Assembly: GCA_046582655.1 (NCBI GenBank)
Contig: JAYGDX010000210.1
Coordinates: 1 to 64,000 of the forward strand
DNA: 64,000 nucleotides
Reading direction: 5' to 3'
Origin: Candidatus Poribacteria bacterium
Lineage (GTDB): Bacteria > Poribacteria > WGA-4E > UBA9662
The position numbers and the translations under genes are program-made. This document shows positions 19,825-28,446 of the stretch, in pieces (position 1 is the stretch's first letter; every line of letters begins with the position of its first letter). The notes beneath the pieces are model-generated. The model was not told the DNA's origin, ran no database searches, and saw only the letters and a list, made by a program, of their open reading frames with translations.

Positions 19825-20075
19825 AAGTGATTCGTACCTGGTTCCACGGGGGTTTTTGTGGAAAGACTGAGGAATCATATGAAATATCAAAAAAATGCTG
19901 AAATTTTCCTTTACAAAAACTACAAAGTTTGTTAGACTATGCCGCAAATTTCATTTATGTCCTTGAAAAAGGCGAATTGGCTAGGCTTTCAGGGTGTACA
20001 ACCTGGCCTAGTTGATATTTGATTTTAAAAAAAAATTCTGTAGAGAATTCTCTTTATTTAAAGGAGTGCATAAAG

Positions 20076-20771
20076 ATGCGAAGAGTATTCAGAGCCCTTG
20101 CTTTGATGTTGGTTGTTACTTTAGCCCTTTTACCTTTCGTGGGTTGTGGTGGTGATGACGATGATGATGATGCTGGTGGCGTTGCCGCTCTTACGGGAAC
20201 TGTTCCTGCAACAGGCGGTGAGATCGCGGCAAATGGTACGCTACTCATCAATTTTGATAGTGGAAAAAATATTGAAGGTGGAGCGGTTACCGTAAATGGT
20301 ACACCTGCAGCTCTCGCTGGAAACCAAGCAACTTGGAACGCCGTAGGGCTGACGCCAGGTGGATCTGCTGCTCTTGCTATTGCATGGACAAACACGGATG
20401 GTACGTCTGGTGCAGCCAGTGTTACAGTGACGGTCAAAGCTGTGGATAACGCTCCTCCGACGATTACCGGTGGAACTGTTAAAAACGGTGCCAAGGATGT
20501 CGATCCAGGTCCAATTAATGAAGCTGGTAAAATTGAAATTACATTTAGTGAAGCCGTTCTCAAAGGTGAAGCGGCTCTTGGCGTTGATGGTGGAGATGCG
20601 TTAGGTACCCAAACTGAGTGGGCTGCTGACAAATTGACAATCTCCCTGAATGCTGGAGTAGCTTTAGCTAATGAAACGACCTACGTGATTACCATAAAAG
20701 GTGTTAAAGATGCCGCTGGTAATGCGATGTCCGATGCTAAAATTTCTTTCACCACGAAGGGTAAGGAGTAA
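20076..20771 (+). CDS. lipoprotein with bacterial Ig-like (Big_5/SbsA-like) domain
   Basis: AAGGAG SD, lipobox FVGC, poly-Asp linker, EITFSEAV...TYVITIKGVKDAAGN...FTT. Confidence 0.8.
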   Translation: MRRVFRALALMLVVTLALLPFVGCGGDDDDDDAGGVAALTGTVPATGGEIAANGTLLINFDSGKNIEGGAVTVNGTPAALAGNQATWNAVGLTPGGSAALAIAWTNTDGTSGAASVTVTVKAVDNAPPTITGGTVKNGAKDVDPGPINEAGKIEITFSEAVLKGEAALGVDGGDALGTQTEWAADKLTISLNAGVALANETTYVITIKGVKDAAGNAMSDAKISFTTKGKE

Positions 20772-20794
20772 GCACTCCAATCCTGAATCTGATG

Positions 20795-20832
20795 AAAAGG
20801 CAGCGTGTCTTTTGACATGTTGCCTTTTTTTT
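20795..20832 (+). terminator. rho-independent terminator
   Basis: GGCAGCGTGTC-TTTT-GACATGTTGCC hairpin followed by a T-run, with an A-run before. Confidence 0.85.
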
Positions 20833-20853
20833 GTTGGTCATTGAGAGGCAGGG

Positions 20854-22083
20854 ATGAATCGGCAGTTTCTGCTTTCACTGATTTTTTCCTCTTTATTGTT
20901 GTCTGGTTGTTTATTTCATTTCTCTAATTCAATTCCTCTAGATCCTCGACAACGGATATCTTATTATGCTGACATATACAAATTGAATCCGGAGTCAGAT
21001 CAAGCTCGGCAGGCGCAGTTGGAGATTGGCAAGATTTATTATAATCAGCTCGGCAATCCGGCACGGGGGCTTGAGATATTTGAGAAATTAATTTCATCCA
21101 ATCCAACAGCACCGGAATCAGGCGAGGCATTGTGGTATATTTCCAGTCATAACTTTCAAGAGAATGAATATGAATTGGCATGCCAAAAATTTTTGCAATT
21201 CATGCTTGACTTTTCAGGCGATGAACGAAGTCAGATTGCAAGACTTCGTATTGCAGATTGCTTTTTTGAGTTAGGGAATTTGGACTCAGCTATCAAGTAT
21301 TACGTAGATTACCGAAATCGGTATCCTGACGATTTGCCGAACCTGCCATATGTTCTGTTGAGGATCGGTGCGGTCTATGCCAATCAGCCAAACTCTGCAA
21401 TTGAGGCAAGAAAAGCATTTTCACACATCATTGAGAAGTTTCCAAATGCAATGCCACAGGTTGAAATCGCCCGAAAAAGGTTATTGGATCTTGGCGGTGT
21501 CACTGTCAGGGATTCTGGTGTAAAAGACCAGCGTACTCAATTAAAAGTGAATTCTACTGATCTCGTCCGACAGACCTCGGAAGCTGGAATTGGTCCAATT
21601 ACACGACCGAATGCGCAATCGGTTTTTGCAGGTTGGACGCGATCAGCAACTTTCGGTTATAATGCCAAGGTATTGCTACAGCAAAGTGGCATGCTCGATG
21701 TTGCTGAAGTTAGAACCAGCATGGCAGGCAGAGGTGAATTACTCGATGATGTTGTTTTCAATGTTGGTTTGCAGTTCTACATGATGCAAGATTACCATCG
21801 TGCAGGTGCCTGTTTGGAAAAAACAGTTGAACTCGGCATCCGAGGAGCTGATCTGTGTTTGAAATTGGGCGTTTGCTATAGAAAGGCAGGGAAGTGGAAA
21901 AAAGCGGCCGAAGCATTTCGAGCACTAGCTAAGGTTGCCCCGAAAGACATTGACCAGCTAATTGATAGCAGTGCACGAGAGTACAGACAAGGCAATCGTG
22001 AGTACGGCAGGAAATCTCTTGAGTGCTTAATTGGAATTTCTGATGAGTTTGATGGTAAAATTAATAAAATCTTGAAAGAATGA
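20854..22083 (+). CDS. TPR-repeat lipoprotein
   Basis: Lipobox LSGC; multiple TPR-like units. Confidence 0.8.
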   Translation: MNRQFLLSLIFSSLLLSGCLFHFSNSIPLDPRQRISYYADIYKLNPESDQARQAQLEIGKIYYNQLGNPARGLEIFEKLISSNPTAPESGEALWYISSHNFQENEYELACQKFLQFMLDFSGDERSQIARLRIADCFFELGNLDSAIKYYVDYRNRYPDDLPNLPYVLLRIGAVYANQPNSAIEARKAFSHIIEKFPNAMPQVEIARKRLLDLGGVTVRDSGVKDQRTQLKVNSTDLVRQTSEAGIGPITRPNAQSVFAGWTRSATFGYNAKVLLQQSGMLDVAEVRTSMAGRGELLDDVVFNVGLQFYMMQDYHRAGACLEKTVELGIRGADLCLKLGVCYRKAGKWKKAAEAFRALAKVAPKDIDQLIDSSAREYRQGNREYGRKSLECLIGISDEFDGKINKILKE

Positions 22084-22113
22084 AAGAAATCATTGATTTC
22101 GCATTTTTTTATT

Positions 22114-22139
22114 GAACAGTTTATACATTTGAGTTGTCT
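22114..22139 (+). promoter_or_regulatory. putative ECF-type autoregulatory promoter
   Basis: GAAC-N18-GTCT directly upstream of the ECF sigma gene. Confidence 0.45.
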
Positions 22140-22147
22140 TCTTTACA

Positions 22148-22212
22148 GAGGAGTGTTTTAATTGAGGGGAGTGTTTTAATTGAGGAGTGTTGGATTGGGG
22201 AGTGTTGGAGTT
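22148..22212 (+). repeat. tandem GGAGTGTT repeats, including a perfect 18-bp duplication
   Basis: GGAGTGTTTTAATTGAGG at 22150-22167 and 22168-22185, plus two degenerate copies. Confidence 0.9.
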
Positions 22213-22794
22213 GACGTGTTGCTGGTCGAAAGTTTGCAACATGGAGAAACTGGAGCGCTAGCGGAGTTGGTACATAAATATCAACATCGCATATATCGTG
22301 TCGCAATGCAAATTACCAGAAACCATGAAGATGCCAGCGATGTTACACAAGAAACATTTCTTAAGGTATATGAATCAATTTATAGTCTCCGTCGAAAGGC
22401 CGCTTTTGAAACGTGGATCTACCGAATTGCGGTGAATAAAGCCACCAACTTGGTTAAACGCCATCATCGTCGTTGTGAATCCTCACTGTCAACCATTCGT
22501 GAAAACGATATCCATTTTGGCTTAAGGCGAAACTCTAATCTGGTAAATATTCCCCATCTGAACGTCGAGAAACAGGAATTACGGAAAACAGTAACGCAAG
22601 CGGTAAACAGCCTATCGCTCAAGCATCGGACCGTTATCATTTTATACGAGTTTGAAGGGCTAACACATACGGAAATTGCATCGATTTTGAGGTGTTCAGA
22701 AGGAACAGTCCGGTCTCGGTTGCATTATGCGCGAAAACAGCTCAGAGATAGGTTGCAATCTTACATCGATCCTGTGTCAATGGATTTGAGATGA
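22180..22794 (+). CDS. ECF sigma factor (RpoE/SigW-like)
   Basis: DASDVTQETFLK, FETWIYRIAVN, EGTVRSRLHYARKQL. Confidence 0.93.
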   Translation: MRSVGLGSVGVDVLLVESLQHGETGALAELVHKYQHRIYRVAMQITRNHEDASDVTQETFLKVYESIYSLRRKAAFETWIYRIAVNKATNLVKRHHRRCESSLSTIRENDIHFGLRRNSNLVNIPHLNVEKQELRKTVTQAVNSLSLKHRTVIILYEFEGLTHTEIASILRCSEGTVRSRLHYARKQLRDRLQSYIDPVSMDLR

Positions 22795-23660
22795 AAAAAA
22801 AGTGTTCCTACATCCAATTTTATTTGTCCGACTACATTGATGATATTCTGCCTGATGATAAAAGGACCCAGATTCGCGAGCATACGCGATTGTGTTTTCT
22901 ATGTCGATCTGAGTTGAAGTCGCTCAAACGAATGAATGACCTGTTGAGTTTTTATGTTGATTCAGGTCCACCAAAAGGATATAATGAGCAATTTCTAAAC
23001 GAGCTTCAGCAGTTAGTTGACAAAAAATCGTATCAGATATGGTGGCGAATACCTGCATTCTGTCGTGGGTTTTCCTGGCATATAGAAGATTTCTATGAAA
23101 GGTTGATGTCTTCCGTTCTGCCTTTGATTAACCGGCGGTTTTACACTAGGTGGGTAATGGGGTTTACGTTTGTTGCGTTGCTTTTTGTTTTGTCTTTAGC
23201 TTTTTATCCACAGTTGATCTACGTTTCTGAAGATCGTATCGTTCAAGCAAATGTATCATCAGATTTTCTTGAAGTTTCGGGTACGATGGGCATAGTAGGA
23301 AACCGTCAGTTGACTCACAACCGTCACCCAATTGTCTTAGTTTCACAATGGAGCCAGATTGATAAGAAAGTGAGTGACATACTTAAACAACGAAAATCAA
23401 TTGAAATGAAGATGGAGAGTTTGATTCTAGATCGTCGTGAAGCGAAACCACTTTATGATGTGGAAGATCAATCGAATTTTTTACTCTTTGCTCAACTTAC
23501 AGCACCTGCCAAAACTGATCGGAAAGTGGACTATGCTGTGCCTTCAAGTATAGCGTTTTCCCCTTTTTCTGAAAAAGTCGAGTGGCGAAGATCAAGCCAT
23601 ACTAACCGTATCTTTAACAACTTATCTGTCGCAAGGGTCTATGATCCTGTTCGATTATAA
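22791..23660 (+). CDS. zinc-binding (ZAS, zf-HC2) transmembrane anti-sigma factor
   Basis: HTRLCFLC (HxxxCxxC), one TM, ATGA overlap with the sigma gene. Confidence 0.85.
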   Translation: MKKKCSYIQFYLSDYIDDILPDDKRTQIREHTRLCFLCRSELKSLKRMNDLLSFYVDSGPPKGYNEQFLNELQQLVDKKSYQIWWRIPAFCRGFSWHIEDFYERLMSSVLPLINRRFYTRWVMGFTFVALLFVLSLAFYPQLIYVSEDRIVQANVSSDFLEVSGTMGIVGNRQLTHNRHPIVLVSQWSQIDKKVSDILKQRKSIEMKMESLILDRREAKPLYDVEDQSNFLLFAQLTAPAKTDRKVDYAVPSSIAFSPFSEKVEWRRSSHTNRIFNNLSVARVYDPVRL

Positions 23661-23702
23661 AATACAAATTTCTATCAAATTATTGAAGAGAGGTGTTTCT
23701 TA

Positions 23703-26700
23703 ATGAATCCGAGAATATTGACCGCTACGGCACTGATAGCACTAGGTTTTGTACTGTTTTGGCCATCTGGCAGTTCCAAGAAAGTAGAACGGCTTTATAA
23801 AGATGGTGAGCGACTTTATAGTACAGAAAATTACGAAGAATCGATTGCAAAATTTGAAGAAGCTCTTATTGAATCAGAAAAGTGGGGCGTAAAAACGGCA
23901 GTTATTGATAAGGATTTCGTGACTCTAGCTAAATACAGAATTGCTGTTTGCTATTCAAAGTTAGCAGAAAACACCGGTGATGTTAATTATTTTGATCAAG
24001 CTGTCGACAAAATTGAAGAAGTTTGGCCAAATGCCAAAGTGGCCAAGCATATGGAAGGGCTAACTTACCTTTGGGGGCATGTCCTCTATAAGCAGGAAAA
24101 GTATGAATTGGCGGAACCAAAGTTTAACGAACTGATTGAAAACTTTCCGAACAGTCTTTTTGTTGAAAACGCTTGGTATGCTATTGGTCAACTCAACTAC
24201 AAACTGCAGAATTATGACGCATCCCGTCGGGGATTTAAGAATGTACTTGATGGTTTCCCTAACTCTGATTTCAAAGATGATGCTCAACATCTAATAGCTC
24301 AATCATTTCTTGATGAGCAGAACTATGAGCAGGCTGCACAGGAATTTGATAGGTTGGCCACCGAAGAATTCAAGAACTATGCTGATCTACAAGCAGAAGC
24401 AATGTATAAAGCGGCCTATTGCTTGAACCAGATTTCCCGTTTCGAAGAAGCAATTACCCGCTACACGAACTTTGTCACCAAGTTTCCGACAAGTAAATAT
24501 GTAACTGCCGCTTACTTTGATATGGGAGCAATCTACTCGCGTCAGAAAGACTATGACAATGCGCGTGTAAACTATGAACTTGCTATCCAGAATACTAATG
24601 ATGAAGACGTACAGTCTGAAATTCAAACTGCGATTGGTCGAACCTACTATGACGAAGAAGATTATGAAAATGCAGCTGCTGCTTATACCACACTTTTGGA
24701 AAATTATCCAACCAGCCAATTTATCTCTGAGGCAAAGTTAGGAATTGCCGATAGTTATTTTAAGCTGAGTAACTGGTCTGAAGCTTCTGTTGCTTACCAA
24801 CGTGTACTTGATGAACATGCTGATCAGTCTGATTTAGTTCCATATGTAACCTTCCAAATGGGGGAGACGCACTACAAATTCGCTACCAGTCTCAAGGATA
24901 CAGGTCAAGCCGATTCAGCAGCGGAAAACTTGGAAATAGCGCTTGAATGGTACCAGAAAGCCTACAATGACTATCCGACTGATCCGGTTGCCTCTCACGC
25001 TCTTTATGGTGCAATATGGGCCCTCAATGATCTTGATCGAAAAGAAGAACTTGAAAAAGTTGCCCGAGAGTTCATTGATAAAAATCGAGAGGACCCTCAA
25101 CTGGATATCCTTGCAGCGGAAGTCCAACTTAAGTTTGCTGACATAAAGTTTAGTGACTTCAAACAGTATAGCGAGGCGGCAACAGAGTATGCCAGACTCT
25201 GGGACAAACCGGATGGTGATTATGAACGGTTACCCAAGTTCCATCTTCTTAAAGTCATCGCCAAGTTCCAAGAGGGAAGATCCTATTACGAGGTTGCACT
25301 AGAAAATAGTGAAGGTGATAGCTTGGACGGAGACCTGTTGGCAAAATCAATTAATGCCTACGGACAAGCTATCGATAGATTTAATGATGAAGCATTTCTA
25401 CCTGGTGTAGAAAATGGACGATATGACGACTTCCCGGAACGGATCCAGCAAGTTGAAGCGGCAATATTGAACAAAGCACTTGTGCATGAGAAGCAGGATG
25501 AATGGCTTATTGCTCGTGAACTTTATGGAAACATTGGTGAGAATAGCGACAATTATGAGCGTGCACAATTACTGATCGCCCAAAGCTATATTGAAGAAGG
25601 CAACCTAACGGAAGCCATCGATTTTTACGGGACTATTATGGATGTACTTAGTCCTGATAATCGCTCACTGGCGGAAATTAAGCTTGCTGACCTCCTGCGA
25701 AACGAAGAGCGTTTTACCGAAGCAGCGAACGCGTATTCGCAGGTCGTGGCAGGTAATCCGACAGGTGAATATGCGGATGACGCACAATATCTGATTGGTC
25801 TCTGCTATTACAAAGCTGCCAAAGATGATTCATCTGTATATGACAAGTCAATAGCCGCATTTCAAAAGATGATTAATGACTATGCTGACAGCCCAAACAT
25901 CGTTGAAGCCTACTATGGTATTGTACTCGCATTTCGGGATACAGATCAGTGGGAAAACGTAATGTCATATGCTGATGAAGCGAGCGATAATTTTAGTGAT
26001 AGTAGTGAGGGAAATATCCTCAAGACCCTAGGACATATCGATCTTGTTAAGGCTACGGCTATTGAGAACCAGGGACTCGACTCAGAAGAGGATAAGCAGT
26101 TACTCATCGCCAGCTTACGACGTATTGTCGGTAATATAGGTGCTCCACCAGAAGCACGGACACGTGCACAGTTGAAGATAGGTCATCTTTACTATCGTGA
26201 TAAAGATTATAATACTGCGTCAACAGAATATCAAAAGGTAACACAGGAGTTTCCAGATGCTAGTGCTGAAATTTTGGCTAACGCATATTATCAAACAGCT
26301 GTTTGCTATTATCAGCAAGCACAGTCAGCAGGAGACTTAGAGGCAAAAAATCTTGCGTTTCAAAATTCCGCTGGTAGCGCCGAAAAGGTCGTTGAGTTAG
26401 ATCACAGCGTTGATAGCATGATCAGCGCGCATTACACGCTTGGTTTAGCAAAATTCGGTTTGGGTGATAACGAAGCAGCTATTGTTGCCTATGCCAAGGC
26501 TATTTCGTATGAAGGTCAAACCGAAGATGACGCGCGGAAAGATTTGATTTTCCAGGCTCATTCACGCCTTGCCGAACTGTATAATTCGGAGGAAGTGTAC
26601 AGTCGCGCAGTTCAGGAATATCAGTATATTATTGAAAATACTGATGATGCGAATCTGAGAGGAAATTCGTATTTCGCAATGGCTATAGCGCTTGATGATC

Positions 26701-28322
26701 ATTTAAGCCAGTATGATGATGCATTGCTAGCCTACCAAAATGCAATACAGGTTAAGGCAGGAGCAATTGTGAGTGCCCAATCATACTATCGAACTGGTTT
26801 GCTTTACCAACAAAAGCTGAATGATCAGGAAAATGCTCTGATAGCCTATGAAACGTTGGTCAAAGATTATTCTGGCGAACCCGACAAAAATATTCAAGAA
26901 ATGGTAGGAGATGCTTCACTTCGAAAGTCGGATCTTTATCAAAGACTTGGACGTCTAGAAGATGCCATTGCTGGAGCGATAGAAACTCGTGATTGGGCAC
27001 AATTGCAATCGCAGAAAATATCGGCACAGTATAGTCTTGGATCTCTCTACTTTGACCGAGCGAAGTCGCTTTACTCTGATGAAGCTGGTACAGATTTGCA
27101 GTATTACATTGATGCTAGTAGAGAATCTGCTGCAGCTTATATGGAAGTCTACCAACTTAGCTCGCCGGTTGAGAATCTTGATAAAGGTCTAATACCATTT
27201 CTGCAGAATGCCCTCTTCCAAGCAGGGCAGCTTTATTACTCAATCGGTACTAGCTTCAAATATAGGGAAGAACTTCAAAAAGCGATTGAACCGTTGCAAC
27301 TTTTCGCCGAGTACGTAGATCAAGGACTCTTTGCTTCATCTCCTGAGGTTCTGGAAAGTGTCGAAGAATCTCTGGTTTATGTTGGAACAGCTCAGTTCGA
27401 GTTAGGGCGCTTGCAATTAGGTGAGGATGAGGGAATATCTGATGCGGTTCAAGGTTTCTTCCGATCCTCGGCTAGTACGTTTTCCTCATTGACAAAGCGG
27501 TTTCCAAATGCAAAAGATGCGGCAACTTGGCAGTTTCAATCGGGTGAGTCTTACTATGCCTCTCTAGCATATGAGAGGGCTGTTGCCGAGTACGAGAAAG
27601 TTCATCAAAACTATCCGGAATCGGAAAGTGCTCCCGAATCGCTTTATGCAATCTCAACTTGCTATTCCATGCTGGCTGATAGTGCAGGTGATGAAGAAGA
27701 GAGTGCGAAGTGGCGCAGTAAGTTATTCGAAACAAATGAAGTTCTTGTGGGGAAATACCCACAGAGTTCTTATGCTGGGAATGCTATGGTTAATCTTGCC
27801 AACAAACTTTATAACGAAGGGAGCGCTCCTGAAATCGAAAATTCTGAGCGGATACGTCTCTATAAGTTAGCTGTTGAAAAGTACCGTGTTGCAGCTGAGG
27901 TTGCTGGCATTGATGCTGAAACAAAAGCGAGTGCTGGACTCTACATGAGGGAAACTCAAACAGCGCTTGCCTACTACGAATATACTACTGCTGGAGAAAA
28001 TTTGACCACGGCGAGGTATGCGTATAGTACCGGAAGTGCAGAAGAGGTAGAAGCACTAAACGGTGCAATAGCTGTGTTTCAGAAACTGATCAAAACTTAT
28101 CCAGATACCAAGTATGCAGATCTTGCTTACGTTCAGATTGGAGAGGCTTATATGGTCATGGCGGATAAGGAAGAAAGTTATTACGCGAATGCAATTGATA
28201 CTTTTGACTCGTTGTGGAGGAAGTATGAGATCTCGCCAGCAACTGATTCTCAGGTCAATAATGCGGTGAAACTGGCACAGCGCAAGATTGCAGAGATTCG
28301 GGCTTATCTCGATGGGCAATAA
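23703..28322 (+). CDS. giant exported TPR-repeat protein (1539 aa)
   Basis: N-terminal hydrophobic leader, near-continuous TPR units with (F/Y)PxS turns; GAGG SD. Confidence 0.9.
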   Translation: MNPRILTATALIALGFVLFWPSGSSKKVERLYKDGERLYSTENYEESIAKFEEALIESEKWGVKTAVIDKDFVTLAKYRIAVCYSKLAENTGDVNYFDQAVDKIEEVWPNAKVAKHMEGLTYLWGHVLYKQEKYELAEPKFNELIENFPNSLFVENAWYAIGQLNYKLQNYDASRRGFKNVLDGFPNSDFKDDAQHLIAQSFLDEQNYEQAAQEFDRLATEEFKNYADLQAEAMYKAAYCLNQISRFEEAITRYTNFVTKFPTSKYVTAAYFDMGAIYSRQKDYDNARVNYELAIQNTNDEDVQSEIQTAIGRTYYDEEDYENAAAAYTTLLENYPTSQFISEAKLGIADSYFKLSNWSEASVAYQRVLDEHADQSDLVPYVTFQMGETHYKFATSLKDTGQADSAAENLEIALEWYQKAYNDYPTDPVASHALYGAIWALNDLDRKEELEKVAREFIDKNREDPQLDILAAEVQLKFADIKFSDFKQYSEAATEYARLWDKPDGDYERLPKFHLLKVIAKFQEGRSYYEVALENSEGDSLDGDLLAKSINAYGQAIDRFNDEAFLPGVENGRYDDFPERIQQVEAAILNKALVHEKQDEWLIARELYGNIGENSDNYERAQLLIAQSYIEEGNLTEAIDFYGTIMDVLSPDNRSLAEIKLADLLRNEERFTEAANAYSQVVAGNPTGEYADDAQYLIGLCYYKAAKDDSSVYDKSIAAFQKMINDYADSPNIVEAYYGIVLAFRDTDQWENVMSYADEASDNFSDSSEGNILKTLGHIDLVKATAIENQGLDSEEDKQLLIASLRRIVGNIGAPPEARTRAQLKIGHLYYRDKDYNTASTEYQKVTQEFPDASAEILANAYYQTAVCYYQQAQSAGDLEAKNLAFQNSAGSAEKVVELDHSVDSMISAHYTLGLAKFGLGDNEAAIVAYAKAISYEGQTEDDARKDLIFQAHSRLAELYNSEEVYSRAVQEYQYIIENTDDANLRGNSYFAMAIALDDHLSQYDDALLAYQNAIQVKAGAIVSAQSYYRTGLLYQQKLNDQENALIAYETLVKDYSGEPDKNIQEMVGDASLRKSDLYQRLGRLEDAIAGAIETRDWAQLQSQKISAQYSLGSLYFDRAKSLYSDEAGTDLQYYIDASRESAAAYMEVYQLSSPVENLDKGLIPFLQNALFQAGQLYYSIGTSFKYREELQKAIEPLQLFAEYVDQGLFASSPEVLESVEESLVYVGTAQFELGRLQLGEDEGISDAVQGFFRSSASTFSSLTKRFPNAKDAATWQFQSGESYYASLAYERAVAEYEKVHQNYPESESAPESLYAISTCYSMLADSAGDEEESAKWRSKLFETNEVLVGKYPQSSYAGNAMVNLANKLYNEGSAPEIENSERIRLYKLAVEKYRVAAEVAGIDAETKASAGLYMRETQTALAYYEYTTAGENLTTARYAYSTGSAEEVEALNGAIAVFQKLIKTYPDTKYADLAYVQIGEAYMVMADKEESYYANAIDTFDSLWRKYEISPATDSQVNNAVKLAQRKIAEIRAYLDGQ

Positions 28323-28344
28323 TAAGTTTTAGGTACACTAAAGC

Positions 28345-28390
28345 AAAAAGGCGTTTGAACCAAATTTATGTTCGAACGCCTTTTTACTTT
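28345..28390 (+). terminator. rho-independent terminator, possibly bidirectional
   Basis: AAAAAGGCGTTTGAAC-loop-GTTCGAACGCCTTTTT. Confidence 0.85.
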
Positions 28391-28446
28391 TCAGCAGCAG
28401 AGATACTAAACTGAGGACAGATCGACCACTAACCTGACCCATTTCC

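Noticed and set aside
20054..20632. 192-aa antisense ORF, and similar antisense ORFs across the window
   Set aside because: Shadow frames of well-supported genes, with no motifs or RBS.
23204..23212. DnaA box TTATCCACA as an oriC signal
   Set aside because: A single copy inside a coding sequence.
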